From the NCBI GenBank assembly GCA_030141605.1, contig JAQGDQ010000557.1, positions 62,001 to 126,000 on the forward strand: DNA of 64,000 nucleotides, given 5' to 3'. This document shows, in pieces, positions 42,801-51,937 of this stretch. The notes below the pieces were generated by a model, which was given only the letters and a program-made list of their open reading frames with translations, did no database searches and was not told where the DNA came from. The number at the start of each line of letters is the position of its first letter. Positions within the stretch are counted from its first letter, which is position 1. Origin of the DNA: Tubiluchus corallicola (taxonomy: Eukaryota > Animalia > Priapulida). Made by a program: the position numbers and the translations under genes.

Positions 42801-45800
42801 GGACTTACTTTATGGTGGTTATAGTAGACATGACCTGCTTGGTATACTGCCATTAATATTACTGTCAAAAACTATTGTGACTATTGTGTCAAAAACTATA
42901 CATAATTAAGCAGCATTGATAAAATCATGATTTTTTTAGGGAAGACTCAATACATATAAACAGAAGGAACCTTTATAAATGAACAGTATGGATCTTTTGC
43001 TTTTGTATACAGTTTACAACTGTCATTAAAAAGTGTACTGCGAAAGTTCATATTTCTGCCCAAAAATAAAAGCCTATTATCAAGCCAAAGAATAATAAGA
43101 CTGAATTATAATATTACAAGTTTTGGACGATGGTGCTGAACTTACCAGTCTCCTTCTTTCGCTCATGTTCTGAGGCAGATTTTGAACCCTGAGCCGTCAT
43201 TACTCCAGCCCCACTGATTGAATGGGTAAGCCCGGAACTAGCTACAGAAAAGGGAAGAGTTACAAGAGTATCCGACTGCTGTGGATGAACATCTCCGTCT
43301 CCTAGAGTGTCCAAAGATGACGCATTCTCCATTTTGCTAGCCACCATCAGATCGCGACCAAAGAAAGCCTCCTGTAATAGAGCAGTTCATTTGATAAAAC
43401 TGCACTAAAAGGCCAGCACATTTAACTGATAATGAAAAAGCTACATAATCTACTACACAGCTGGCAAACCATTGTTTTCTTTTTGTCGATTGAACAATGT
43501 GCAATTGACAAGGCAGTAATAAAATCACAACTATCAGATGAAAACGAATCTGCCGGTTATAACACCAGAAAATTTACGTTTCTTTATTTGACATCAATAG
43601 TTAAATAAATTCAGAGTTTCCTTCGTAAAAGGTGTTCCTACCATGGAAACAAACTTTGACAGAGTTGATCATCTAAAAAAAAACGCCTTCAATCAATTTG
43701 AATAATATCACGGCAATTATTTACAGCAATGACAATGTATTTGAACCACTAACCTTATAAGATTTTATCCAGGTCTTACAGCTACTATAACATGTGGTAC
43801 GCAAAGCCACATCTGATGCAGAAAATCTTCAGCTATACTCGCATGCCAACAAATTAACTAACCAACCACGCTGACTTACCTGTAAATAAGCTGGATAATT
43901 ATCTTCCAAGGCACTCTTCTTCTTCTGCCTTCGTTTCCTTGGCTTTGGTTTCTCGGCTGTAGTGTCGTTATCAGCGCTTGGAGGCTCTCTGACTTGTTCT
44001 TCTCCTAAATAAGGACATAAAATGTATAAATAATCAGATAAACAAAGCAGAAGTAACAAAAACCAGGTTAAACAAAATCACAACATTCAATAGGTATAAT
44101 CATACAAATATGCCAAACTGTAATACATATAATGCAAATTGTAACTGCAGCAAAATGCTACCACAAAGAAACATACATATAAATTATCTAATTTTTCATA
44201 CATTTCACAGTACAAGCTATAATCCGGCACTCATAGCAGTGCTCATTTAAATCTGGACAGTTGTGGCAAGACAGGAATCTGGATCATTAGCAATGATAAT
44301 CATCCAAAGTGAGATACTTAACTAGTACTGATGTCTCAAAGCAGTAACTTTCCTCAAAGCAGTAAACAATCAAAATAAGACAAAAGAAATTGCTCAGGCC
44401 GAATATTGAGCCCTGTGATCAACTATTCATTTCATCATATTTTTATTAATTGTATTTATTCTTGTGATTAAGAACTATCTCTGCTCTATTAACCCTCTCT
44501 TCACTTACTACTTAACAATCAATAGAATTAAAAATTCTGTAACTTTGATTGCTTAACTAATATTTCAAGTATTGATAAGAGTTAATACTGTTAAAAATAA
44601 TATTCATCAGAGACTGAGAGCACAAACATAAACTGCTGTGACCTTGAATCTTACCATCAAATCTAAAAGCATCTGTAGCACCCAATTCAGTTCCAGGTTG
44701 AGCAGTCAAGCCAGAACTGGCCGATTTTGAGCGACTTCTCTGACGAACCATGAAACCACCAATACCTAGAGTTAGATTAAAACACAATGCATTTTCATGT
44801 AACAATTGACACTGATATAACGTACAATGTAGAGAAGTTGAAACTACAACCCGTAAGAGTAGCTAAACATAGAAACTAAGCATGGTGTACACAAAAATCA
44901 AATTTAAAATGAAGTAATTAACTTTAATCCAAAAAGGAAATGCACACTTTATAGAAAACTACGAAACCGGTATAAATTTTACTCCTTACAGTCATTATTT
45001 AAAATTAAAATTTTACAATCACTGAATCACAGTCTGCCTTATTAAAAATATGGCTACAAAACAAAAATATCTATCAGAATATTTTATATTTATTTCAAGT
45101 ACATTTTGTATCAGACTTATGTTATTAAAGTTTAATGTTACAATGTTCTGATTATAATTTAAAAACCATTTCACGCTTTATGGTTCTAAAGCTGTGTATG
45201 AAATGCGATGTCCTTGAAAAGAGGTGCAGTTTCTCTGAAACGGGAAATTTCGAACAACTAGAACAGTCACAAATTCATAATACATAATAGCTAAAAAAAA
45301 ATTGTTATAGTCTGGTGTATAATTATAGCTGAATTGTACCACAAGGAAGTATTTCCTAAGTAAAGTGTACACGAGGCAGTTTTTTCGCAAGTCAATCTAA
45401 TGGCAGCAGACAATGACGCATTTCATAACCTTATTCCCTTTTCATTGCATCCTGATTCATTTCAGAGTAATTTTAAATCCAGGGGCAATATATACCTCAC
45501 TGCTTATCTCCGGCCCTTTTCTCCAAAGAGGGCTGTTAGGGTACTGAAGAAGCAAAGTCAAGGATGATATCAAATAAGAACAGATTTGAACCTGCAACTT
45601 CCATCACACGTCTGAGCGCTGCAGCTAACTGACCTCGATTCAAATGATCCATTGATAAGTTTTGTTTAATTGAATAAACTTCACTTAAAAAGCAAGCTAG
45701 AACAGTACAGCAAAAAGAACAAAAGTGGCACCTATATTTTTAGCAAGTCTGTACGGTTTCCTCTGTCGCTTCTTCCCATCTTTTGTGAGGTCATCTCCCT

Positions 45801-48800
45801 TAGCTGAAGGAGAAAAAGTATCGGCCATTTCCTCTTCCAGATCTTTTGCTTCTGGTTCTCCAGATGTGTCACCTAAAACAAGCAAGTAGTAGAACATCAT
45901 TCTGCTTTTCTTCTAAAATGTTTAACTAGCATATTATCACAATAGTAAGAAAACAGTCTATAGAGGAATATTCAATGGAACAGTTTATTTTATATTAAAA
46001 AGCACAAAGGATTACAGGATCTCTGTACTATCGCAATTTTGAAGATGAGGCTTAATAGACTCACTTTGAGGCGCAAGTGTTTTGACCCAATTAACCGACT
46101 GATTCAAGTAGCCGACGGGTGTAACCTATTACTAACAGTAGAAGTGTGAGTCATAACTCATCACCTTAGTATGTATTGCAAAGTCTTTAAATTAATTTTA
46201 GAAACGAATTACAATAATGTCAAAATTCCTATGAGCAATTATTTAGGAGTACTAATTTATATAAGAGAATTAATAAAAAAAATGAAAATACAAAAATTGC
46301 ACAAATCTGATTATCACAAAAAAAAATTAAAAATTCATGCAAGGTCGGTTGCTTCATTTCTTCAAGAAGTTGGTTATGAAATTCTCATAATGATAAAACC
46401 ATTGAAAATCTGTCGCTGAATGCTGCACATATTTATTAACTTCAAAAGCCGCTGGGCAAGTGATAAAATGGTTATCTTCTAAAAACAACAAGGTTAACTA
46501 CAGTGAACAAGTGGGTGACAGATTCAAAGCAAAACTGCTAGGCTACAATATTAGGGCATATGATAAACATATGATTACACACAAAGCTGTACTTAATGTG
46601 GCTGTTTCTTATATTATATTGTATCACATATATTATAGCGCACAAAATCGGCATAAAACGACAAAGAAGCAGCAAAAGCTCTTTGGGCACACACAAGTGT
46701 CTTATTTTAAGTACGTGAAGGAAAAATAATGAGTCAGTTATGTGGAGTTATGGGACTCAATTACCAACAGTTTTTATATACATTTGAATAGGAGCGGCCC
46801 ACAGTATGAGATGTTTTTGAGTCAATTAAGCGATTGAGTCTATTAACCGTGAGTCTAATAAACAGTGCCTATTGCACCAACTAAACAAGTTTTGTCAGTT
46901 ATTACAGGAGCAACATTTTTTCTCAAATGTAGAATTGTGTTACAAACATCTCCCACTATATGAATCATAAGAAGCATTCACTTATGAGTCTTATTTACGA
47001 CAAAGCAAGAAAAAGCATAGACGCTTGGGAGTCAAAAATCATTTCTAAAATACTAAATGATGAAAAAAATATTTGTCGTTCATGAAGAATTTGACTGAAT
47101 AGCAGTTGAATAGATCAGTATAAAATTTAAGGGCTCTCGAGTACATCTTGATTGTGTTTCATGTGTTTTCCTTACGAGATGAAGTAAAAGAACATAGCAT
47201 ATCTATAATAGGCACTACTAAGAGAAACTCAAACATACTGGAAAACATTAAATTCAATGCTGACTTCGTTGAACTTTTTTTTGAAGCCTACAAGATAAAC
47301 TCAAGAAACAGATGAAAGCTTGAGTTTGACACATCTCCGAGTCTCTCCACTGTTTTTCAGTCGTAACTCTCAAGAATACAGACCACATGAGCAAAGCTTG
47401 ATAATGACTGAATGCCGAGTTTCTTTCATCAAAATTATGTGTACGAATATAAGCTGCACTATTATTTCCTGTTTTACACCCTCTGGCACGAACTTAATGC
47501 TGAAGTTAGAGAGACACTTTCTTTAAATACATCAATTGAAAAAAAGAAAAATAACATTAATATTACATAAATACCAATAACAAGAACTTTTCTACAATGC
47601 TCTTCAATAACATATACGATAACAGTTTATATTCTAGAATGAGCTAGTGAAATGTATACAATAATGCAATGATATTTCCCAAACAATACCATAAAGAATG
47701 CGAATAAAGCTGCATACAGCTGGCATGTAATGCAAACCAGCCTTTAGAAATAGTAGCAGAACTTAGTACGGAACAAAAGATATTTCAATGTACAATAAAA
47801 TATCTCACTCAAATTTATGAAATATTTAAAACAAATATTACGCAAACAGATACACAGTACGCCGTGTTGACGAGGAACTTATAAAATTATTACGACGTTG
47901 ATTAAAACTGCATCATCATTATGCGTGTAAGTAATTAATTAAACAACGTTGTGGATGATGCATTAGATATTGATCAAATTATTATGCTTGTACATCTAGT
48001 TAAATAGACAATGCTAGTTATGCGAGAGGAAGGGTAACCATGTGAATATAACATAAACTGCTGCTTAGAAAAATGGCTATCTGTCAAATATCTACACTTT
48101 GTGTGTTCCACAGTAATAATAACAGAAATGTGCCTTTGGCACACGCAAAGCAGATGCAAATAAATTTCAGTTGAAGACATATGTACGCGTTAATAACACT
48201 AAAAGCAGGGCAGATTCGTGCCGCACCTTATCTTAAATGAAAATTAACTTCTGAAATAACTTGCAAGTTAATTTGCAATAAACTAATAAACTAGGATCAT
48301 GCAAACTAATGCTTAAAGGTCATGATTATGTCATTTGGCAAGCAGGTACACAGCATTCAATGGCAGCCCTATCTATTACACTAATAGTTGTGGCAGGACT
48401 AACACCTTTCTAATTATTAAGAAATTATTCTTCTAAATGAGTACCCTGCTTATAGGTGTGCTTATATGTATATCCTGCTTATATATATACCTCCTTCCTC
48501 ATTGAGATAAATAGGTCAGCGATAGAATGGCAGATGAAACTATCCAGCAACGAAACTGGTTCCCATCCATTTGCTAGCCAGACAAGGCATTGCTTAATTT
48601 TAGTCACAAAACACATATCGTGACCACCCAGCTAGACCCACTGCTTCCAAACACTTGTCCAATGTGGCCACATAAATGAATAATCGCCGTCGGAATATGG
48701 TTTCATATGCTTGGCAATTTGATACGAAACCACATAGCTAGCTCGCACTATGTTTTCTCCTTTCCCTCGTTACTTGTGAAACATACCTTGCTGACCACAG

Positions 48801-49986
48801 AGGACGCTTCTTAATTTCTTGATTTTCTCTGCTCTCTTATCTCCTTCTAACTTTCCATACTTTCTATCTTTGTGTTTTGCTTCATAGTGCCTCTCTTCAA
48901 GTTGTATTCTTTTAGGACACTAACATTATCGCCACAAATGAGACATGTCGGTTTACCTTTTTGTTCAATAAAGAAATACTCATTCATCCATCTGTCTTGA
49001 AACACTCCATGCTCTTCTTCAATTTTCCTCTTTTTTTATCCATGTATAATTTTATTTATAATTTATTTTGTAAAATAACTAAGTGAAAAAGAAGACGCCT
49101 GAGCTGATCTGCCGGCCCGATAATAAAAGCATAGTGATTGGCTAGTTGGTCTTCCTATCAGCCAATCAGATTGCTTCTCACATTTCTTGCATGTTTGAGC
49201 GTTTCAATGACGGCTTCAGTGATAGTTTGTCGTGTTCTGTGATTTTACGTCATGTTTTGTGTTCTACGTAAGTATCGTAAAATTTCATCATGTCCGACAG
49301 TGTCAATCGTCTCGTAAGAGTTCACCATTAAAACTGTGATCATTAAACCCGATCATGGCATGGACTTTAGTTAGAAACATCTTCCTGATACTTGCGACTC
49401 AATTCATCGCCCGGGCCGCACTTTCATTAGGTTGACAAACCTTTTCGCGGGGCGCACAAGATCTGTCAGCGGGCCGCAGTTTGCACACCCCTGACAGAAG
49501 TGAATAATCATGTGTTCTTAGCTTGATGAAACAGATAATCTTCAACAAACAAAAACTATTGCACTCGTTCTCTATCACTCCACTCTGGTGCTGAACCAAG
49601 GAAGGTACATTAACTATTAAAAGTCGTTAACTTCAGCATAAGTGCATAACAGCTTTTCCGTGTACAATGTTGATTTTTAATAAAAGTCTGCTTACTGGAA
49701 GAATATTTTTACAAAAAAAGGAAATAAATACCTCTGCTAATGTCTGCAGCCGATGCACTACCCTCCGACTCCATGCCTCCGTCTATGGAGGGCACTCTCA
49801 TAACGGGTGTCTGTCCTCCCAACAGCGGCATTGGTCCCGGGAGGCAACCAGGAGGCACCCGTCGACGGGGGCGTTGCGGCTTCTTTGGCTGTGGTATAGT
49901 CAAGTCACGTATGGCTGCCATGCCGTTCTCCGTGAGAAACATGCCGTCGACGTAGTACTGATGTTGCAACCGAGGCCTCTGAAGCT
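545..49986 (-). CDS. KMT2C: KMT2C/KMT2D (MLL3/MLL4, trithorax-related) H3K4 methyltransferase, multi-exon, 5'-partial (52 exons traced)
   Basis: Exons with GT-AG boundaries and matching phases sum to 13,655 nt in one frame. Family motifs appear in the expected order: DGMFLTENGM, GIGGFMVRQRSR, YPAYLQEAFFG, VEDLFKGVLSP, KWEKDEE/HMG box, FNILEYADPELD, ENNPFS, ePHD, FYRN/FYRC, GCAR (WIN), SET (RYINHSCNPNC, ELTYDY), post-SET CNCGAPNCHKWMN*. C versus D cannot be distinguished; invertebrates typically have one co-ortholog. Confidence 0.95.
895..1482. mobile_element. Tc1/mariner-pogo-type MITE
   Basis: Imperfect TIRs TAGTAAACTACATATAACTCGAA / TTCAAGTTATACATAGTTTACTG flanked by TA. Confidence 0.7.
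3310..3426 (-). CDS. KMT2C: KMT2C/D exon: SET N-half
   Basis: GLGLFAAREIEKHTMVIEYIGELIRNEVSEKRERDYEEQ; 117 nt, tag/gtaat. Confidence 0.95.
3500..4346. mobile_element. Tc1/mariner-type non-autonomous element
   Basis: TIR CCGTATATACTCGCATATAAGCC vs GGCTTATATGCGAGGATATACGG (1 mismatch), TA on both sides, internal TATAAGCCGAC repeats. Confidence 0.88.
5240..5411 (-). CDS. KMT2C: KMT2C/D exon: pre-SET segment
   Basis: PHTLTSS...KQFIHSKSSQYRRLKHEWRQMVYLARSRIQ. Confidence 0.94.
5992..6122 (-). CDS. KMT2C: KMT2C/D exon: FYRC end and WIN (WDR5-binding) motif
   Basis: LPGIENLSEYHFKFGRSPFIELPLAINPSGCARCEPR. Confidence 0.94.
6262..6398 (-). CDS. KMT2C: KMT2C/D exon: FYRC
   Basis: LWSHTLETVEKQRLNADMLKLFPRFISPEELCGLAEPAIVRVLES. 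Confidence 0.92.
6613..6775 (-). CDS. KMT2C: KMT2C/D exon: FYRN C-part
   Basis: VGFKTTRFYWSSRTLLKRARYTFVISERDGKPYFKL. Confidence 0.93.
6923..7043 (-). CDS. KMT2C: KMT2C/D exon: FYRN N-part
   Basis: MMQQGIMHYCLRIGSLIFHSVGQLLPHQLQAFHNRNFIFP. Confidence 0.93.
7563..7675 (-). CDS. KMT2C: KMT2C/D exon: end of ePHD
   Basis: TMMCPTHKPK...VAVFRRVYITRDENKQIA. Confidence 0.92.
8017..8260 (-). CDS. KMT2C: KMT2C/D exon: ePHD
   Basis: LLNCDVDKWVHLNCALWSSEVYET...CAHCQKLGATLGCHQIRCAKYYHFNCA. Confidence 0.95.
8629..8744 (-). CDS. KMT2C: KMT2C/D exon: pre-PHD zinc knuckle
   Basis: LRLKLGT...RRHCILCNAVGDGKCNGPG. Confidence 0.92.
9229..9333 (-). CDS. KMT2C: KMT2C/D exon
   Basis: PLVKRWKGVKYKHW...PKEVLE; phase 0-0. 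Confidence 0.9.
9526..9678 (+). mobile_element. Helentron-associated (HINE/DINE-like) element 3' part
   Basis: ACAG/ACAC-rich tract followed by GATGCGACTAAAC...TACCC...GCGTGGGTAA terminal palindrome remnant. Confidence 0.5.
9736..9870 (-). CDS. KMT2C: KMT2C/D exon
   Basis: QEGGTVIDHVSSEPTDSP...VLPPK; open, cag/gtata. Confidence 0.85.
10032..10249 (-). CDS. KMT2C: KMT2C/D exon
   Basis: KFCRHCDVMVLNAGIRKK...IFCSPSCY. Confidence 0.9.
10771..11074 (-). CDS. KMT2C: KMT2C/D exon
   Basis: VSVTLTLTATAAEDVQGVLTGLADLLKIPVPSSYE. Confidence 0.9.
11368..11450 (-). CDS. KMT2C: KMT2C/D exon
   Basis: STIRLKQEEKLRQEQLKRSQEDDESFK; its phase is needed to join the neighbouring exons. Confidence 0.82.
13072..13238 (-). 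CDS. KMT2C: KMT2C/D exon
   Basis: NSGTPETVISSSSPE...SPAIPLIAPIPLR. Confidence 0.88.
13535..13607 (-). CDS. KMT2C: KMT2C/D exon
   Basis: GLEQRYQLTQLPDPFNRAHSVAS; phase 1-2. Confidence 0.8.
14065..14475. mobile_element. pogo/Tigger-like MITE family A, copy 1 (short)
   Basis: TIRs TAGTGGGCGCCGCTTAATAGACT / AGTCTATTAAGCTGCGCCTACTG with TA; shares internal sequence with the 40.3 and 46.0 kb copies. Confidence 0.8.
14858..15109 (-). CDS. KMT2C: KMT2C/D exon
   Basis: KNELSGNYGNA...DVYS...PLPATPPP; weak donor gtctat. Confidence 0.83.
15305..15457 (-). CDS. KMT2C: KMT2C/D exon
   Basis: AARKRKADEPEMLLDVLLQQLRTLPNLPLQEP. Confidence 0.88.
16765..16896 (-). CDS. KMT2C: KMT2C/D exon (basic, NLS-like)
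   Basis: LRQQELDKKRKFEEAQRQKKK. Confidence 0.85.
17380..17536 (-). CDS. KMT2C: KMT2C/D exon (NAGNAG acceptor)
   Basis: QGQFDIDAPINLTPQQQKQLEMLENMP. Confidence 0.85.
17796..18010 (-). CDS. KMT2C: KMT2C/D exon
   Basis: LMRRGDF...HNILLKQLLRK (LxxLL). Confidence 0.85.
18828..22400 (-). CDS. KMT2C: KMT2C/D giant Ser/Thr/Pro-rich exon (3,573 nt, phase 1-1)
   Basis: Matches the 1193-aa ORF; cag at 22401-22403 and gtatgt donor at 18822-18827; includes an Ala11 run. Confidence 0.88.
22863..22979 (-). CDS. KMT2C: KMT2C/D exon (symmetric, possibly alternative)
   Basis: ENTMVLPASG...QKKKTRKKKPIKTDPF; cag/gtgagg. Confidence 0.72.
23197..23462. mobile_element. PIF/Harbinger-type MITE
   Basis: TAA on both sides; TIRs CGGCGCATTCAGACTAGCGAGTTTT / AAAACTCACTAGTCTGAGCATGCTG. 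Confidence 0.7.
25573..25956 (-). CDS. KMT2C: KMT2C/D exon with HGPR repeats
   Basis: HQEMGRPYF...DHGPRMMR...EHGPRMPI...FQP. Confidence 0.85.
26183..26349 (-). CDS. KMT2C: KMT2C/D exon
   Basis: VDENNPFSDS...coiled-coil. Confidence 0.88.
26469..26776 (-). CDS. KMT2C: KMT2C/D exon
   Basis: MRKKNRQHGIVVSEYRQKR...HSPRS. Confidence 0.88.
27228..27401 (-). CDS. KMT2C: KMT2C/D exon
   Basis: YELKTLETNIAKLRKDKKALNARSRVLKKNGGEL. Confidence 0.88.
27543..27739 (-). CDS. KMT2C: KMT2C/D exon
   Basis: PPPPPPTF...QQLQYEKWLFQHQQMLQ. Confidence 0.88.
27843..27995 (-). CDS. KMT2C: KMT2C/D exon
   Basis: STSGGHLPYPDHAEHGPPAPGMGMQ. Confidence 0.83.
28845..29054 (-). CDS. KMT2C: KMT2C/D exon
   Basis: TLLVQEQPLLLEDLLEQEKRE. 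Confidence 0.85.
29573..29785 (-). CDS. KMT2C: KMT2C/D exon
   Basis: CGPESAVSSQPSTPNL...PGPKQH; open, phase 1-1. Confidence 0.8.
29901..30231 (-). CDS. KMT2C: KMT2C/D exon
   Basis: DLKTTNEKQ...SDFQSQFLK...AQGG. Confidence 0.85.
30608..30774 (-). CDS. KMT2C: KMT2C/D exon
   Basis: MGADFNILEYADPELD. Confidence 0.9.
30905..31147 (-). CDS. KMT2C: KMT2C/D exon
   Basis: VKQPEQET...DLENLDDELF. Confidence 0.85.
31814..31937 (-). CDS. KMT2C: KMT2C/D exon
   Basis: GADPRSPQTPGTP...DPYDNLVRQQ. Confidence 0.83.
32073..32263 (-). CDS. KMT2C: KMT2C/D exon
   Basis: MEGMRMGF...RPPPFY...PPYPD. Confidence 0.85.
32370..32529 (-). CDS. KMT2C: KMT2C/D exon
   Basis: ERQKKKAVEQEK...QRPPWPRP. Confidence 0.83.
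32664..33916 (-). CDS. KMT2C: KMT2C/D exon, Pro-rich DPY/PxTP repeat region
   Basis: Matches the 425-aa ORF; DPY..P motifs and QLRDLLAKQ. Confidence 0.9.
34354..34470 (-). CDS. KMT2C: KMT2C/D exon
   Basis: MAFAQKYHEDVD...DTQGSQ. Confidence 0.8.
34590..34824 (-). CDS. KMT2C: KMT2C/D exon
   Basis: LPGDGLRR...EQEQERQWKMLQQQR. Confidence 0.85.
35019..35143 (-). CDS. KMT2C: KMT2C/D exon: HMG box C-part
   Basis: WTERAKQIAKLWRKLSTEQKAPYLAKARENRAASRI. Confidence 0.93.
35662..35861 (-). CDS. KMT2C: KMT2C/D exon: HMG box N-part
   Basis: SYNQRNVMKWEKDEENGVMSTISPVLYANMMHPELKNEYP. Confidence 0.93.
36932..37151 (-). CDS. KMT2C: KMT2C/D exon
   Basis: GFGMGSN...GPPPSYPG...SFA. Confidence 0.83.
37416..37505 (-). 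CDS. KMT2C: KMT2C/D exon
   Basis: LPHMDGKEVEDLFKGVLSP. Confidence 0.88.
38802..38936 (-). CDS. KMT2C: KMT2C/D exon
   Basis: LSDIDTSEGGG...FEAILNPGSFHL. Confidence 0.8.
39280..39470 (-). mobile_element. Degenerate CR1/L2-like LINE 3' coding remnant
   Basis: NSLPVEIKRIKSLTAFK resembles the WNxLP...SLxxFK end of CR1/L2-group ORF2. Confidence 0.4.
40305..41124. mobile_element. pogo/Tigger-like MITE family A, copy 2
   Basis: TA-CAGTAGG...CCTACTG-TA; shares the FGHTQVSYFKYVKEK-encoding stretch with copy 3. Confidence 0.82.
41864..41986 (-). CDS. KMT2C: KMT2C/D exon (tagcag NAGNAG acceptor)
   Basis: DHGLDGTMELTDQEELKDILPSDIPHDDELLGILM. Confidence 0.82.
42094..42810. mobile_element. pogo/Tigger-like MITE family B
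   Basis: Degenerate TIRs TAGTAAATCCTCACTTAGTGA / TCGTTAAGCGAGGACTTACT; related ends at about 3041 and 36582. Confidence 0.65.
43146..43371 (-). CDS. KMT2C: KMT2C/D exon
   Basis: EAFFGRDLM. Confidence 0.9.
43880..44004 (-). CDS. KMT2C: KMT2C/D exon
   Basis: KPRKRRQKKKSALEDNYPAYLQ. Confidence 0.92.
44655..44765 (-). CDS. KMT2C: KMT2C/D exon
   Basis: IGGFMVRQRSRSK. Confidence 0.92.
45490..45640 (-). mobile_element. Degenerate tRNA-derived SINE
   Basis: Minus strand shows an A-box-like AGGTCAGTTAG and B-box GGTTCAAATC at tRNA-like spacing; no full cloverleaf. Confidence 0.4.
45732..45872 (-). CDS. KMT2C: KMT2C/D exon
   Basis: DTSGEPE...KKRQRKPYR; weak donor gtgcca. Confidence 0.82.
   Translation of the reverse strand: MTHLENQKQKIWKRKWPILFLLQLREMTSQKMGRSDRGNRTDLLKI
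46047..46874. mobile_element. pogo/Tigger-like MITE family A, copy 3 (inverted relative to copy 2)
   Basis: Reverse-complement similarity to 40305-41124 visible at both ends and internally. Confidence 0.8.
48670..49493 (-). mobile_element. hAT (Buster/SPIN/GTF2IRD2-like) transposon 5' remnant
   Basis: Terminus CAGGGGTGTGCAAACTGCGGCCCGC at 49493; frameshifted transposase N-terminus from ATG at 49043: FQDRWMNEYFFIEQKGKPTCLICGDNVSVLKEYNL...HY...KPYSDG. Confidence 0.85.
49732..49986 (-). CDS. KMT2C: KMT2C/D most 5' exon found (region just after the PHD4-6 cluster)
   Basis: YYVDGMFLTENGM...PRRR; begins with a tag acceptor (phase 1), so it is an internal exon. Confidence 0.88.
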
Positions 49987-51937
49987 CTAAGAACAAATGA
50001 TATTCCAATTAAGTCATTTTAAGAACAGTAAGAGAAATCAAGTAAAATCAGAAAAGTGCAGCAACCGCAGACTCTACTTAAACAATGAGCATATAGAAAT
50101 GCAACTGCTTCATATGGTGTCGTTACATTGGAGCCTACTTTTTAATTGTCTTCATTTGCTGATGATTATCGGAAAATAATAGCAGCTTTGACCGCCGCCG
50201 CAGTGGCTAAACCAATTTCATCAGTCTGGGTATAAACGAATACATGTATAAATCTGCAACTGTTTCTACGTGGGCATAGAATGTATAAACAAAATTTTCA
50301 AGTCCATGCTGAGCCCACTAGCAATATTTCAAAATTGGTCATTTTACATTCCAATAGTGATTAATTCCGTTTTTCTGTCGTACTTTTTATTTGTGACTTT
50401 TCTCCACAAAAACTGTTTCCATGAAAACTACAACTTCACTCGATTCAAGAAAAACATCAACACTTCTATCACTAGCAAATTAATTATTTAATTATAAGGA
50501 CTGCTTCTGCTCGGGATATACTTTCCTATCTTCGCCTTTTTAATGTTTCAGAGGAATACGACATGTGAACTTTAAGATCCAAATTCTCTCTAATGAGCTT
50601 ACAATGTAGACTAAATGAAATCTTTATGGTCAATGGTCAAAGTCATCAAGGCCACCCACAAAAAATGCAATAACATGATAGACATGTGACAGTTATTCCG
50701 GATTTAGAATTTATTACTGCAATAAAAAGTTTTTTTGTTTGTATAGCTACTAAGCTGAGTAAACAAAATGTCGTACTCCATCTACTTTGCATCTGATTAA
50801 ATTCAAGTCTTTTTAATGAATGTTCTTTGATATCATTAGGGAATGTGTAGAAGTGTTTAGTTTTTTGCTATTAACTGTACTGACTAAAACAACTTTCAAT
50901 CTGATGTGGTATCAACGCCTAGTCGAAATTCAAAGCTAAGTTTCAGCTGCTCTTAAACTATAAAAATTTAGCATACAGGGATCAGGTTATTTTTCTAGTT
51001 TGCTTCTATGTGAGATGATGTACATAAGACGAATGAATTAAATAAGTCAGCACTTAATCTACAAACTCTTGGCGCTACTATACACATTTTCAAACATAAT
51101 GACATCAAGTAATTACCCACCAATAACGATTAATGTCAGAGAGAACGATGAAGAATGTGATGCAGCAAATGACATGAGAATGAATTTTAAAACCTGGATG
51201 TTCGACAAACCGACGCGGACTGCGGTGCAGTGAAAAATTTAAAAGTGAATTTAAAGAAAGGATTCATGCCAAACCTTCTGTATAATACGACACAATATAA
51301 CATTTGAAGATGAATAAATTTTAAACTAATGTTAAAATAATTTGGAAGCTTGCGAAAGCCAACATAAATTGTAATGCAGGGCAAGGATTTAGAATATGCC
51401 TAGTGAAAAACATGATATCATGCATAAAGCTTTGGGAATTCATAAATTTTGACCTAAAATTAAGGTACTCAGGAAAGTAGTGTGTGTAGTATGAAAATTT
51501 AAATAAGCTTTAACAATCTTGTAATGACTGCAATTTCAACCGTTGTGCAGAAAGCAGTGCAGAGCAGTGGATTGTAAAAATCCGAAACACCATCAAAATC
51601 TGCGTAGAGTAGACTACGATGCGTGTAGTGCTCAGGGTGAAGGTTTGAAATGGGAAAGGTAACAAAATTCTATGCAAACTTTCAAGCAGTGAGGTATTAC
51701 AAGAATGAATCTCAAAAGCAGAAACATTCCCAAAGTCTGAGTAGATCATATTGCAGGAAGATAGTCAGTAACAGATTTTAACAACTGGAAATTTGTCAAA
51801 ACTTTCAGAAGACTTATGCATAGTAATAGTACGATGTAGTAAATGTATTATGATGAACATAAAATTGGGGTACTGAGAACAATAATAATAATATTATTTT
51901 TTACCACCACTCATTACAATGGAATACATTGGGTAGG

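Noticed and set aside
45570-45640. tRNA gene
   Set aside because: B-box present but no complete cloverleaf; treated as a SINE relic.
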